In this document: positions 22,016-34,352 of the stretch, in pieces
Layout: every line of letters begins with the position of its first letter
Position numbering within the stretch: position 1 is the stretch's first letter
Assembly (NCBI RefSeq): GCF_964355755.1
Contig: NC_092680.1
Span: forward strand, 10,354,001-10,418,000
Direction: 5' to 3'
DNA: 64,000 nt
DNA from: Antedon mediterranea
Taxonomy: Eukaryota > Animalia > Echinodermata
Notes under the pieces: generated by a model
Databases searched by the model: none
Seen by the model: only the letters and a program-made list of their open reading frames with translations
What the model was told of the DNA's origin: nothing
Program-made: the position numbers and the translations under genes

Positions 22016-24198
22016 TTTTCTGTGAAAAAAGTTTTGTTAAAATGCTCAAAATGGTCTAAAACGTTTCCAAAAAGCGATTTAAAGCTATTTTGTACAATTT
22101 GATGTTTTGTGTGAAAAGTTTTATCGAAATGCTCAAAATGGTCTAAAACTCTCCAAATACGATTTTAAGCTATTTTGTGCACTTTTATGTTTTTGTGTGA
22201 AAAGTTTTATCGAAATGCTCAAAATGGTCTAAAACGTCTACAAATGCGATTTGAAGCTATTTTGTACAATTTGATGTTTTCTGTGAAAAATGTTTTGTCG
22301 AAATGCTCAAAATGGTCTAAAACGTCTCCAAATGCGATTTGAAGCTATTTTGTACAATTTGATGTTTTTGTGGGAAAAGTTTTATCGAAATGCTAGAAAT
22401 GGCCAAAAACGGTTTCAAATGTGATTTTAAGCACTTTAATGTTTTTGTTTAACCAAGTTTCATCGAAATGCACAAAATGGTCTAAAACGTCTCCAAATAC
22501 GATGTTAAGCTATTTTGTGCACTTTTATGTTTTTGTGTGAAAAGTTTTATCGAAATTCTCAAAATGGTCTAAAACGTCTCCAAATGCGATTTGAAACTAT
22601 TTTGTACAATTTGATATTTTGTGTGAAAAAGTTCATCGAAATGCTCAAAACGGTCTGAAACGTTTCCAAATACGATATTAAGCTATTTTGTGCACTTTGA
22701 TATTTTTGTGTGAAAAGTTTTATCGACATACTCAAAATGGTCTAAAACGTTTCCAAATGCGATTTTAAGCACTTTGATGTTTTTGTGTAACCAAGTTTCA
22801 TCGAAATGTACAAAATGGTCTAAAACATCTCAAAGGGCGATTGGAAGCTATTTTGTACATTTTGATGTTTTGTCTGTGTAAAAGTTTTATCGAAATGCTC
22901 AAAATGGTCTAAAACGTCTTCAAATGCGATTTGAAGCTATTTTGTACAATTTGATGTTTTGTGTGAAAAAGTTTTGTTGAAATGCTTAAAATGGTCTAAA
23001 ACGTCTCCAAATACGATTTTAAGCTATTTTGTGAACTTTTATGTTTTTGTGTGAACAGTTTTATCGAAATGCTCAAAATGGTCTAAAACGTCTCCAAATG
23101 CGATTTGAAGCTAATTTGTACAATTTGATGTTTTGTGTGAAAAAGTTTTATCGAAATGCTCAAAATGGTCTAAAACGTCTTCAAATGCGATTTGAAGCTA
23201 TTTTGTGCACTTTGATGTTTTCTGTGAAAAAGTTTTGTTGAAATGCTTAAAATGGTCTAAAACGTCTCAAAATGCGATTTGAAGCTATTTTGTACAATTT
23301 GATGTTTTTGTTTGAAAAGTTTTATCGACATACTCAAAATGGTCTAAAACGTTTCCAAATGCGATTTTAAGCACTTTTATGTTTTTGTGTAACCAAGTTT
23401 CATCGAAATGTACAAAATGGTCTAAAACATCTCCAAGGGCGATTTGAAGCTATTTTGTACATTTTGATGTTTTGTCTGTAAAAGTTTTATCGAAATGCTC
23501 AAAATGGTCTAAAACGTCTTCAAATGCGATTTGAAGCTATTTTGTACAATTTGTTGTTTTGTGTGAAAAGTTTTATCGAAATGCTAAAAATGGTCTAAAA
23601 CGTCTCCAAATGCGATTTGAAGCTTTTTTGTACAATTTGATGTTTTTGTGTGAAAGTTTTGTTAAAATGCTCAAAATGGTCTAAAACGTCTCCAAAAAGC
23701 GATTTAAAGCTATTTTGTACAATTTGATGATTTTTGTGAAAAGTTTAATCGAAATGCTAAAAACGGTTTCAAATGTGATTTTAAGCACTTTGATGTTTTT
23801 GTGTAACCAAGTTTCATCGAAATGCACAAAATGGTCTAAAACGTCTCCAAATGGGATTTGAAGCTATTTTGTACATTATGATGTTTTGTGTGAAAAAGTT
23901 TTATCGAAATGCTCAAAATGGTCTAAAACGTCTTCAAATGCGATTTGAAGCTATTTTGTACAATTTGATGTTTTTGTGAGAAAAGTTTTATCGAAATGCT
24001 AAAAATGGACAGAAACGGTTTCAAATTTGATTTTAAGCACTTTGATGTTTTTGTGTAAACAAGTTTCATCGAAATGTACAAAATGGTCTAAAACATCTCC
24101 AAGGGCGATTTGAAGCTATTTTGTACATTTTGATGTTTTGTCTGTAAAAGTTTTATCGAAATGCTCAAAATGGTCTAAAACGTCTTCAAATGCGATTT
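22016..24198 (+). repeat. Satellite DNA block 2
   Basis: About 25 tandem 87/78-bp monomers. Confidence 0.97.
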
Positions 24199-24289
24199 GT
24201 ATATAAGACATGAGTCTGGGTGTCAGCGCCAAAAACCCAGCCTTGGATGGGTTCCCACCCAGACCAAACAAAAACCACGGACGTGACCC

Positions 24290-25187
24290 TTATGAACTGA
24301 ACGATGAAATACGAATGTATTTCTTGAAAACAGAAGATTTCCATCTCCCAAATTGTTGAATGAGACTATCTGACATGCCTAATGACGCAGCATGTGTTGC
24401 TGCCCCAATACGAAAACTGTGGCCCTTGATTCAACCCAATAAACGACACTGCCGCTCTCAGCCGGCACGACACAAATTGTTGTGTAACCGCCTTGCCATC
24501 AAGGTGCTGAAACAAGGGACCTGTGGCAATGTGCGAGTTAGTTTGTTATTGCGGCCACTGGGCAGTACTTTTCTCTAATCCATGGTGCAAATGATACCGA
24601 AACGGGGGGTTTTCCAATTCCAGTTTTGTGGTGTCGTATTATGATTAAGGCCCCTGTTTCGTTCAGAGTTAAATCGTTGCGCTGTACTAAGTTCGAATCT
24701 TTGGCTTTAGATGCCAATTCTCCGAGCCGAAAAAAACCCTGAAACGCTGTAAGTAACAAACGATGGGGTAGTAATGGTTCTATAAACTGCAATGCATCGA
24801 GTAGCCTAATCAAGATCCCTTTTGTTATGAGAAGCCGAGAGTCCACTTTTGCCGCCCTAGAATGAATTCCGCGGATAATTTTTTGAACGAGGAACAACCC
24901 GCTAGGATCCGGTAGGCCCACTAACTTGTGTACGAACGAGATTGCAGACATGTGTGAGGAAATGGTTCCTGGTGCCAGACCTTTGTCAAATAAATGAGAC
25001 AGGAAATTACACATTGTACCTACATCAAGTGGTAAGGTTACTCGTTTTCCTGACCAGGATGCCAACAGTTGCAGACTACGTCTGTAAGCCTTTCTGGTGG
25101 CTGGTGCGAGGGAGGATTCGATTAAGGAGACCGCTGTCGGTGCCAGAGCGGGATTGGCTGCTCCTTGCTGTGGGTCTATGGAGAAGC
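24290..25187 (-). pseudogene. Tyrosine recombinase of Ngaro-like family 1 (frameshifted)
   Basis: SSLAPATRKAY, AFQGFFRLGEL, HHKT, CPV, GHSFRIGAAT, GRWKS..KYIR. Confidence 0.88.
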
Positions 25188-25233
25188 CTGTAAAATAAAC
25201 TATACAAATTAATCTTGTTTAACGTAAGTAAGT

Positions 25234-25345
25234 TATTGAAGCAGGCTGGACTTCATGTTTTGTGCAAGTAATTTAGAAGCAGCCCAAGCTGGACTTCATC
25301 GTTCGTGACTGAGTACTTAGAAGCAGCCCAAGCTGAACTTTTCGT
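25234..25345 (+). repeat. Three ~45-bp-period repeats between RT-RH and YR
   Basis: (TA)GAAGCAGCCCAAGCTG(G/A)ACTT repeated with variable ~18-nt spacers. Confidence 0.7.
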
Positions 25346-25368
25346 ACTGCATAATGATCCCAGACCAT

Positions 25369-26960
25369 TTAAATGTGAAGCAACTCATGCTGTACTTCTG
25401 TAGGATGAGCGCTAAGAGACGTATCCAATGACAATGCTTTGTTGATTTGGAGCCTAGACAGTAGGTCGGCCAACACATTTTCCTTGCCTGGAATGTGTTT
25501 TGCTTTGAACAGAATGTTGTGATTTAGGCAACAAAGCACCAAGCGTCGCAGAAGCCGCAGGAGAGTAGCGTCTTTCGCGGTTTTTTGTTAAGTATTTCGC
25601 AAACTGCTTGGTTGTCGGACCGAAATAGGATCCTCTTATTCGCGAGCCTGGGTGCCCACGTTTCCAACGCAATCACAATTGGAAACAAATCAAGTACAGC
25701 TATGGACCTGCCTAAAAATGAACACGGCCAAGGAAACGCAAACCAATCACTTCCTAAAATAGCCCCGCATCCGATTGAACCCGCCGCGTCGGTAAATAAT
25801 CGGATCGTATCCGAGGTGATCCATTTTTCCGGAAGAATGAGGGCTTTGCCATTGAAATGTTTAATAAAGGTAAACCACATGTACAGATCCTGTTTCGCTT
25901 CTAAATTAAGCCTAATGAAATGGTTTGGGTGTTTTGCAAGGGAGAGGAGGTTGATGAGTTTTCGCAAAAAAGTTCGACCCGGTAGGACAATTGAACAAGC
26001 ATAACTCAAGAGCCCTATTAACGATTGTAGTTCCCTTAAAGTAACTTTTTTCCTTGTTACAAATGTATCTAGAATTGATTTTATTTTCGTTACTTTTGCC
26101 TCCGGCAAGCGACATATCATGTTGATTGAATCAACTTCAATGCCGTAAATGATGATATTCTTTTATGGGTACTCCAATTCTGCGACAAAGGAATATGAAA
26201 CTGGCTAATGCTTCGCGACAGGTTTTCGAATGCGCCGGGCCTACGAACCAGAAATCGTCTAAAATGTGTGAAGACTCATGAACCTGAAATTTGTTCCCCA
26301 TGATCCATATTATTGCCCGACTAAATGACTCAAATATTTGGCAGGATCTGCTAGCCCCCATTGGTAGACACTTGTCAAAGTAAAGTAGACCCTCCCAACT
26401 GAAACCTAACAGATCATAGTCGTCTGGATGGATCGGGACAATGCGAAAAGCATCTTCGATATCTGCCTTGGCCATAAGGCATCCTATTCCATTGCGGAGA
26501 ACAAGCATTATTACCGAATCTATTGTATCGTATGACACGGCAGAGGCTTCGGAATGGATACCGGAGTTTACAGAGACACCCCGCGGGTGTCTTGTATAAT
26601 ACGGAATTTTCCCGCCTCCGCCTTTGGAATGACGCCCAACGGTGATGCGACAAAATCTGAGAAAGGTGGGGAGACAAACGGGCCTGCTAGCCTTTTGCGT
26701 TGGATACCAATATTAATAAAAGTTGTGATTTGCTCCGGATGGTTAATGGCGCTAGGATGGTTGCGTGCGATTCCCAGCGGAGGGGGAGTGGTGCAACAAA
26801 GTCTGAACCCGACAGAAAATCTCGAAATTAAATTTGTAAAGAGGCGTGGTGAATAACCGGTAAAGTACGAGGCCAGCACTTTAACTTTTACTGGTGTTGG
26901 TAATGTTGCCTTGCTTGGCTGTTTGATTTCTGGCCTTGATATGTCCGAATCCAGAGGCGC
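25369..26960 (-). pseudogene. RT-RNase H of Ngaro-like family 1 (several frameshifts)
   Basis: Distributed over ORFs 26568-27392 (3' part), 26137-26538 and 25524-26120. Confidence 0.88.
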
Positions 26961-27446
26961 GCTGTTTCCTGCAGCGGATTTTGGGATGAGGGAGGTCGCA
27001 CAAGGGAAGTTGTGTTTGAAAATACAGGGATGTGCTGTGCAGGTTTTTTCTGTATGGAAGGCAAAGCAGTAGCCTTTGGGAACCCCACGAAAGGGCTGAT
27101 TGAATCCCGTTCTCACCCCTGAAGTGGTCATCGGGACCGATTGATATGTTACTAGCTTTAGCATCAGTTCGGTGTGCAGTACCTCCCATTTCAAGGAGCG
27201 TTCTTGACTGGCTCTTCTGAATTGTTCATCGTATGCTCGCCATGCATTGTTCTGTGCGGTAATTGACAACTCCAAAATGTTGTTCGCATATTTTAAAATG
27301 TTAAAACATTCCTTTGGGAATTTTGCCAAAAAAATGGCTGCATAGATGTGGAACGCCTGTTGACACCAACCGAAGATAAAATGGCCGACCATAAGATAAA
27401 AAGCCTGGAGCCACAGCTAAAATAGCTGGAAATTACCCAGGAAAAC

Positions 27447-28365
27447 CATTTCATTTCATTTCATTTATTTCGTCTCACATAATTATAACAAAAAATAACA
27501 AACAATAGAGAGAGACAGGATTCCCAAAAGCGAACTAAATCAAACTATTAAGTGGGTCTCCAAAGCAAAACATAATCATCCACCAATAAAAAACAAAATT
27601 AAAACATTAAAAACAACGTTTACCATGTAATGAGTTGGTGGTTAGGTACCGTAATACAAGATAATTTTTTTGTCAAAATTGTTTACAATTTCGAGATATG
27701 TTTTGTACCTGAGTAGAATAAATAATACGATGTGATAACAATATAAAATACAAATGATACAAGTGACTATCTTGAAAAGTTTTTGTTAAATAAATTGCAT
27801 GCTATGTACATTGGTGAAAATCTGAAACGGTCTGTGGATATTTTTTCCTGTGTCAGTCTAACCCTTCCTGATCTACTTATAATGATGTCTGAATGTAATG
27901 GGTGTGATGACATAATTGTGTCAAATTTCTTAAGTATGAATATATTAAACATTTCATCTAAAGATTTCACTTCTACACCAATAACTCTGCTGGCCTTGTT
28001 TACTAATCTCTGAATTTGACTTTTACTGTTTACATTGATATGAGAAAACCAAACAATAATACAATAAGAAATGATTGATTGAACAACAGAGGAATAAAAC
28101 ATATGAATGAGATGAGAACTAACATTAAACCGTTTCATTTTGTATATAAAGTACATTCTCTTATTAGCCTTGGTACGGAGTTCTTTAGTGTTGCTCTCCC
28201 AATTTAGTTTATTATCAATTAATTAATTTTAAATTACTTATGACTTTCTACTATTTCAACAATTTCATTATCGATTTCAATATTTACATGATTAGTTTTA
28301 TTTTTCCTTCTAAAATCGACAATAACCTCTTTAGTTTTTTTGGCATTTAGTTCAAGAAAATTTAA
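27447..28365 (-). mobile_element. Rex1/Babar-like LINE 3' fragment
   Basis: LELNAKKTKEVIVDFRR...DNKLNWESNT...KRMYFIYKMKRFNV...FYSSVVQSIISYCIIVWF; ends AATAAA(TGAAA)n. Confidence 0.75.
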
Positions 28366-28498
28366 TACTAAGTAATAGTAGAAGAATGATAATTATATAG
28401 TATAAAATAATATATCTATATATATATATAATAGTAGTAGCAGTATTAACACATATTCTTATAAAAATTATCATCAATAATTTTTTTATTTTTTATAT

Positions 28499-28790
28499 TT
28501 ACTGATGATAGAAACATTTATTTAAATACTGGCCTTTTAAAAATTTTTCTGCGTGCATCATCGCTCCTCTTACACTCCTCATATACTTGTACATGCCTGA
28601 TGGACCGAGATGGACACCATCTACATGTAGATGAGACAAATCGCAGTTTAAGACCCCCTCTACATCTGTAGCCAATAACAAAGTTGTGTTTCGATAGTCT
28701 CATATTAGCCGCATTGTTGAACGGCGTGTTGGCATAGTCACGTAGCCTCCGAATAAAGGAGTGCCCAAAAAGGCATACCGTAATTGGCAT
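28499..28790 (-). pseudogene. Internally deleted SGNH/GDSL-type hydrolase of retroelement type
   Basis: Block I VCLFGHSFIRRL and RGG in one frame; block V DGVHL in another frame; central part missing. Confidence 0.75.
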
Positions 28791-28899
28791 GATACCTTTA
28801 TAAATTAAAACAGTTACTTACAGAAACGAGGGAGAATGCGTAAAATACAGTTGAATTCTGAAGAAATCACGAATAGTTAGGATGTGATACAAAAAATTA

Positions 28900-31800
28900 C
28901 ACTCCATATATCTGACTGTGCATATTGTTATGTAAATGACCTTGTGCACTTCATGCTTGAAGATCTGCTGTTGTCATGCTAATTAGCTATAGCTCAGAGT
29001 TTCTTCATGGTTTACAGGGCTGTGTAACCAACAACAATAACAGTTGTGAACTTCTTGAAGAATCTTGCTTAATTATACAATCTTTTAAGTTGAACTCCAG
29101 TAGCTGTAGTATCCACCTATTACCAAGGAGGCCAAAAAGAAAAACCAGGCGTGGTACAAGAGCTGGGCGTGACAAACACACTAAAAACAATCTATCATTT
29201 CTGGACTTATCATCAAACTCTCTCTTATCTAAAAACAATATTAAATTTTGCAGTATTAATACAAGATCCGTTCGGAACAAAACAACAGAATTTGTGGATT
29301 TCGTTATCGAACATAATCTGGATGTTGTTGCCCTTTCGGAAACGTGGCTTAAACCAGAAGACACATCAGTTATAGGAAATATTACACCCAACGGATACTC
29401 TCTCAAACATGCTCCCCGTGCTGGTACTAAAAGAGGTGGTGGAGTTGCACTTCTTTACAAGGAAAGCATAGCGGTTAAATGTTATGACACGGGATTATTA
29501 CCAAAATCATTTGAACTGCTAAATGTGGAAATAGTCAGCAATGCATCCTCAGTTTTCCTCGTAGCAGTATATCGTCCTCAAAGCAAATCAACGGGTTGCA
29601 GTCTAAATGTTTTCACTGAAGAATTCTCAACTTTGGTTGATCACTATGTATTGAAGCCGGCTCCCATACTATTCGTTGGAGACTTTAACATCCATGTGGA
29701 TATGCCAAATGATGCAGATGCAATTCTTTTTCAGAATCTACTTGTAGCAAGCAGTCTTCAACAGCATGTGTCTACACCTACACACCGACATGGTCATACA
29801 TTAGACTTGCTGATCACTCGTTCATCTGATCCTCCTGTTTTCTCAAACCTTAATGTCATTGATGGTATATCAGATCACTATGCAATCACATGTAATCTCC
29901 TTATCAAGAAGCCACCCGTAATCACTAAATCCATCGAAACTCGTCATTGGAATGCTATAAATTTTGAGACATTATGTAAAGATATCACACAGTCTGATCT
30001 CGGAACTTCGCTCTCAAATCTTGATTTATCAAGTAAAGTACGACTATATGTCACCACTTTGAGTGAACTTCTTGACAAACACGCACCACCGAAAAAGAGA
30101 ACAGTTAAGGTCCGACCAAACACTAGTTGGTATAACAGTGACATCTATGCTGAGAAAAGAACAAAGCGTAAGCTTGAAAAGAAATGGAGAATCTCTCATC
30201 TGGAAATAGATCGTCGAGCTTACATTGCACAGAAGAGGAATGTAAATTCCATGGTAAGAAAGGCAAAGGCCAACTACTACATTGGCTTGTGTGAAGAACA
30301 TGCAGCAGATCAGAAAGGACTTTTTAAAATTGTTAACCAACTCCTTCATCATCGCCAGGTATCACCTCTCCCAGATAGTCATTCTGACTTAGATCTTGCG
30401 AACAGGTTCTGTCAGTTTTTCACAGACAAGATCAAGATCATCAGAGACGACTTCAAGATTGATGACATGTCATTTAATGAGCCTGTGACAGCTGTTCATC
30501 AGCATCTCACAACATTTACACCAGCATCTCAAGATGAGATCCGCAACATTCTGATGAAATCACCAACAAAATCATGCAGGTTAGATCCAGTTCCTACTTC
30601 TATACTGAAGAAGTGTATAGACGCAGTCGTTCCAATAATAACGGAAATCATTAACCATTCTCTTAATACCGGCATAGTGCCAGATGAACTGAAAATTGCT
30701 CACGTTCGTCCTTTAATAAAAAAGCAAAACTTGGATCATAACACGCTGAAAAATTATCACCCGGTGTCGAATCTTTCTTTTCTTGGAAAGACTCTGGAGC
30801 GTGTAGTGACATCACGCATTACTCCATATCTTCAAAAGCATAATTTAAATGAGAATTACCAGTCGGCATATCGTGCATGTCATAGCACGGAGAGTTCCCT
30901 TTTAAAGGTACAGAATAATTTGTTACAAGGAATGAATGATGGGAAAATAACGCTATTGGTGTTGTTGGATTTGTCAGCAGCGTTTGATACTGTTGATCAC
31001 CAAAGACTGATAACCCGTCTGAGAAATCGCATTGGCATTAATGGTGTTGCTCTTAACTGGTTCCAGTCATATCTTACAGGAAGACGTCAGCTAGTCTGTA
31101 TCAATGATGCATTCTCAGATGAAGCTTGCCTGGAATATGGTGTACCACAGGGGTCAGTAATTGGGCCTGGCCAGTTTTCCATTTATACGCTTCCCCTTGG
31201 TGACATTATTCGCAAACACAGTCTACATTTCCATTTCTATGCAGATGATACACAGATTTATGTGTCAGTAAATCCAGTGCAAAGGGATGCTGCTGCAGCA
31301 ATCAGTAAGATGGAAGCCTGTATAGAAGATGTTCGCAATTGGATGACAACAAATTACCTAAAGTTGAATGATGGAAAGACAGAGTTTATTATCGTCGGGT
31401 CTAAATGTAACATCTCCAAAATCAACATCACACATATCAGAATCGGAAACTCTAACATCGCTCCCTCATCGGTGGTCCGGAATCTGGGAATCATGCTGGA
31501 TAGTAATCTCACTATGGAAGCACAAATAACAACGGTATCCAAAGCAGCATGCATATCGATTAGGAACCTTGGTCGTATTCGCGGTAATCTTAACAAGAAA
31601 ACAGCTGAATTGATTGTACACTCATTTGTCACTTCTAAAATTGACATTGGTAATGCCTTGTTGTTTGGCATACCAAAATCTCAAATACAACGTTTGCAGC
31701 GCTTATTTATCTGACCTTGTGGATCGTTAAGAATCATCCCGCAGAGGCCTACGATCATTGTCACAAAACCTTCTTCAAGAGCGTAGAGTGAAAAATCAAT

Positions 31801-32020
31801 GGGGTCAGAGATCTTTTTACTTTGCGGCCGCAAGTGTATGGAACAGCTTACCAGCAACAGTTAAATGCTCAACTAGTCTAAACAGTTTCAAGACCAACCT
31901 AAAGACGTCGCTATTCGCTGATGTTCTCACACGTTGTTAATGCACAAAGCGCCATGAGCGCCACATGGGTGGAGGATACCGGCGCTATATAAGTTTTCAT
32001 TTATTATTATTATTATTATA
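28900..32020 (+). mobile_element. L2-clade LINE, copy 1 (near-complete ORF2)
   Basis: APE endonuclease plus RT; 3' stem-loop GCGCC...GGCGCTATATAAG and (TTA)n tail at about 32000-32018. The 5' boundary is approximate. Confidence 0.9.
28976..31714 (+). CDS. LINE ORF2 (APE endonuclease + reverse transcriptase), 912 aa, C-terminally frameshifted by a 155-bp deletion
   Basis: SETWL, GGGVA, GDFN, TLDL, SDH; LDLSAAFDTVDH, GVPQGS, YADD. Confidence 0.9.
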   Translation: MLISYSSEFLHGLQGCVTNNNNSCELLEESCLIIQSFKLNSSSCSIHLLPRRPKRKTRRGTRAGRDKHTKNNLSFLDLSSNSLLSKNNIKFCSINTRSVRNKTTEFVDFVIEHNLDVVALSETWLKPEDTSVIGNITPNGYSLKHAPRAGTKRGGGVALLYKESIAVKCYDTGLLPKSFELLNVEIVSNASSVFLVAVYRPQSKSTGCSLNVFTEEFSTLVDHYVLKPAPILFVGDFNIHVDMPNDADAILFQNLLVASSLQQHVSTPTHRHGHTLDLLITRSSDPPVFSNLNVIDGISDHYAITCNLLIKKPPVITKSIETRHWNAINFETLCKDITQSDLGTSLSNLDLSSKVRLYVTTLSELLDKHAPPKKRTVKVRPNTSWYNSDIYAEKRTKRKLEKKWRISHLEIDRRAYIAQKRNVNSMVRKAKANYYIGLCEEHAADQKGLFKIVNQLLHHRQVSPLPDSHSDLDLANRFCQFFTDKIKIIRDDFKIDDMSFNEPVTAVHQHLTTFTPASQDEIRNILMKSPTKSCRLDPVPTSILKKCIDAVVPIITEIINHSLNTGIVPDELKIAHVRPLIKKQNLDHNTLKNYHPVSNLSFLGKTLERVVTSRITPYLQKHNLNENYQSAYRACHSTESSLLKVQNNLLQGMNDGKITLLVLLDLSAAFDTVDHQRLITRLRNRIGINGVALNWFQSYLTGRRQLVCINDAFSDEACLEYGVPQGSVIGPGQFSIYTLPLGDIIRKHSLHFHFYADDTQIYVSVNPVQRDAAAAISKMEACIEDVRNWMTTNYLKLNDGKTEFIIVGSKCNISKINITHIRIGNSNIAPSSVVRNLGIMLDSNLTMEAQITTVSKAACISIRNLGRIRGNLNKKTAELIVHSFVTSKIDIGNALLFGIPKSQIQRLQRLFI

Positions 32021-32256
32021 TATGTAATGACAACGTTGAAATGGAATTTGAAAATTGAGTTTTGACGCAGGACATAGGTTTAGTCTTAATTAAAACAAAG
32101 GAGAGGATTAAACCACATGCGCCGCCGCTTATAAAGCCACTCCAGCGATATGTTATGCATGACTTGGTAAATGAAGCACGCTCTATCAGGAATTACAATT
32201 ATACCTGTCTGCTAAGTGACACAAAACTATTTTCCTATATGCTTCGGAAAATTCTC

Positions 32257-32499
32257 TTTGTGCACTTTGATGTTTTTGTGTGAATAAGTTTTATCGAAAT
32301 GTTCGAAATGGTCTAAAACGGTTTCAAATGTGATTTAAAGCACTTTGATGTTTTTGTGTAACCAAGTTTCATCGAAATGCACAAATATGGTCTAAAACAT
32401 CTCCAAAAACGATATTAAGCTATTTTGTGCACTTTGATGTCTTTGTGTGAAAAGTTTTATCGAAATGTTCAAAATGGTCTAAAACTGTTTCAAATGTGA
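32257..32499 (+). repeat. Satellite DNA block 3
   Basis: About 3 monomers. Confidence 0.95.
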
Positions 32500-33956
32500 A
32501 AAAAAAAAAAAAAAACATTAGGTGGCAAGGGTCAAAATTTCGAATTGGCTGATATTTTGCACATTGGTAGACCTTGACATAAGTAAACCTCATGTGTAGT
32601 TTGTTTGGTAAAATATTGCTTAGTTTTCTAGAAAATCGAAAAATAACGATTTTCGGCCAATTTTGTTAATTTTTGGTGTATAATTTACATTAAGTTTAAC
32701 AGCCTCTTGAAGCCAAACGTAGCAATCTAGCGTTTTAATATTTTACACTTACGTTAACTAGCATCTTGACAATAATTTAGTAAAGTTTAAAAAAATTTGA
32801 TGACATTTTAAGATTTTTACTAATTAATTACTAATTAGCATATATAAAACTCTTAAAAAGTAGGTTAAAAACAAAGGCGTTTTTTTTTCATGTGCGACGA
32901 ATTTTTTTTAAATAAAAAAATCATCAATCTAAAGTTTAGATACTAATATTTATGAATCAAGTAAAACAAATTTGGGGAAACTATTTTGCGCTCTGCGCCA
33001 GAGCAGCAAAGTTGTAAGAAATTCAAAGATTTTATCTGTCGGCAAGATCAATCAGATGTACCTATTGTTATCTATTTAGCAATCTAAGTCGCTTTGAGCC
33101 AAACTTTTATTACGCGAAACAAACTTGAAAGATAAACTGAAAGTTCCTGGAATAATTTTGAGTTAAGTTTCAATTTAAACACAAACTAAAAATACGTTTC
33201 TGGTAAAATTTCAATTACTAACCAATATACGAAATTAAGCAATTAACTAAAAATCACTCGCTTATGCTTTGTCAAACCATATTATTATAATTATTCCATC
33301 CTCTCATAGTTTATATAGGATAAAACTGAAAAACACATTTGTTTTAACTTGTTATCGTTTTCCTGTTTGTCGAACCTGGTCGAACTTACTCAACGAGAAT
33401 GTTTCAAAACATTAACCACAGTAGACAAAACACTGCATATATTCGATAGACAACTATATCTTCATTGGCGTTGACAACGGAACTGATTTATTATCCATTT
33501 TAGTTTATGTCTTACAATGTAAAGACGTGTTGAAAATAATTTTTATATATAATTATTGTCTGATGGCTTCAAGTTCAAACAAGATGGAGATTTCATGTTC
33601 TTTTAAATCGGTTGTTGGCGGAGCTTGTGGATTCGATAGAAAAGACCGCAAACAGAGCACTGGAGTTCTACCTTTACAAGCATGCCAGAAGGAAATCGCT
33701 GCACACAGATACATGTTTAGGTTTACGAGCATCGATAGTGAGGTAGACCTAATTCTTAGTCGAGCAGCAATGTTTATCTTGCCCGCTGATATACATAGTT
33801 GGACTGTTTGTCCCTTGCATCGATCGGAACTTGGCTTAGGTTGGTCTCGAGGAAATAACAACAGATGTAGAGTGCCGCCTGATCTCTCTAATCACATCCA
33901 AAGCAAGGAAAAGGGACCTAAGTGCGATAGGGGTATTAGCAAAGAAGATTCGCAAC

Positions 33957-34089
33957 TGTTACGGGCTCGCTCGTTAGGCTGAAACCAACAATAAGAACAT
34001 AACAAAATACGTTGTAGTTGTCGTCCATCTTTATTCCTCTCTTCTCTTTTACTCTAGAGGGCTCACTTCTGTGTGACAAACCCATCACA
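33957..34089 (-). repeat. 3' LTR of the Gypsy element
   Basis: Differs from the 5' LTR at about 2 positions. Confidence 0.95.
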
Positions 34090-34352
34090 CACCCCCACTT
34101 AAAGAAAGTTTGATATGATTAAACTTATAACGGTTTACTATAACATCTTAAATCTTTTCTTATACAGTAGTTATTTTAACAGGTCGTTGATATGAATTTA
34201 CTTCAACTGCTTCTTTAAAATTTCACAAGTTCTAATTACTTTAAATCCGTGTATGCCATTAATGCATCACTCTATCACAACTAACATATTATAATTAAAT
34301 AAACACTTTTAAAATCACCAAAACTTTTGAAATCATTTCATGCAAGTTTTAT

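Larger units (their letters stand above)
24199..27365 (-). mobile_element. Ngaro-like (DIRS order) tyrosine-recombinase retrotransposon, family 1, 5'-truncated and degenerate
   Basis: Gag C-terminal part (AWRAYDEQFR, YCFAFH CCCH-like), then RT (KADIEDAFR, LPMGAS, HILDDF), RNase H (LFTDAAG, SDN) and YR; no methyltransferase between RH and YR. Confidence 0.88.

Noticed and set aside
25234-25345. CRISPR-like repeat-spacer appearance
   Set aside because: Only three degenerate units with short spacers, inside a eukaryotic retrotransposon, and no cas genes.
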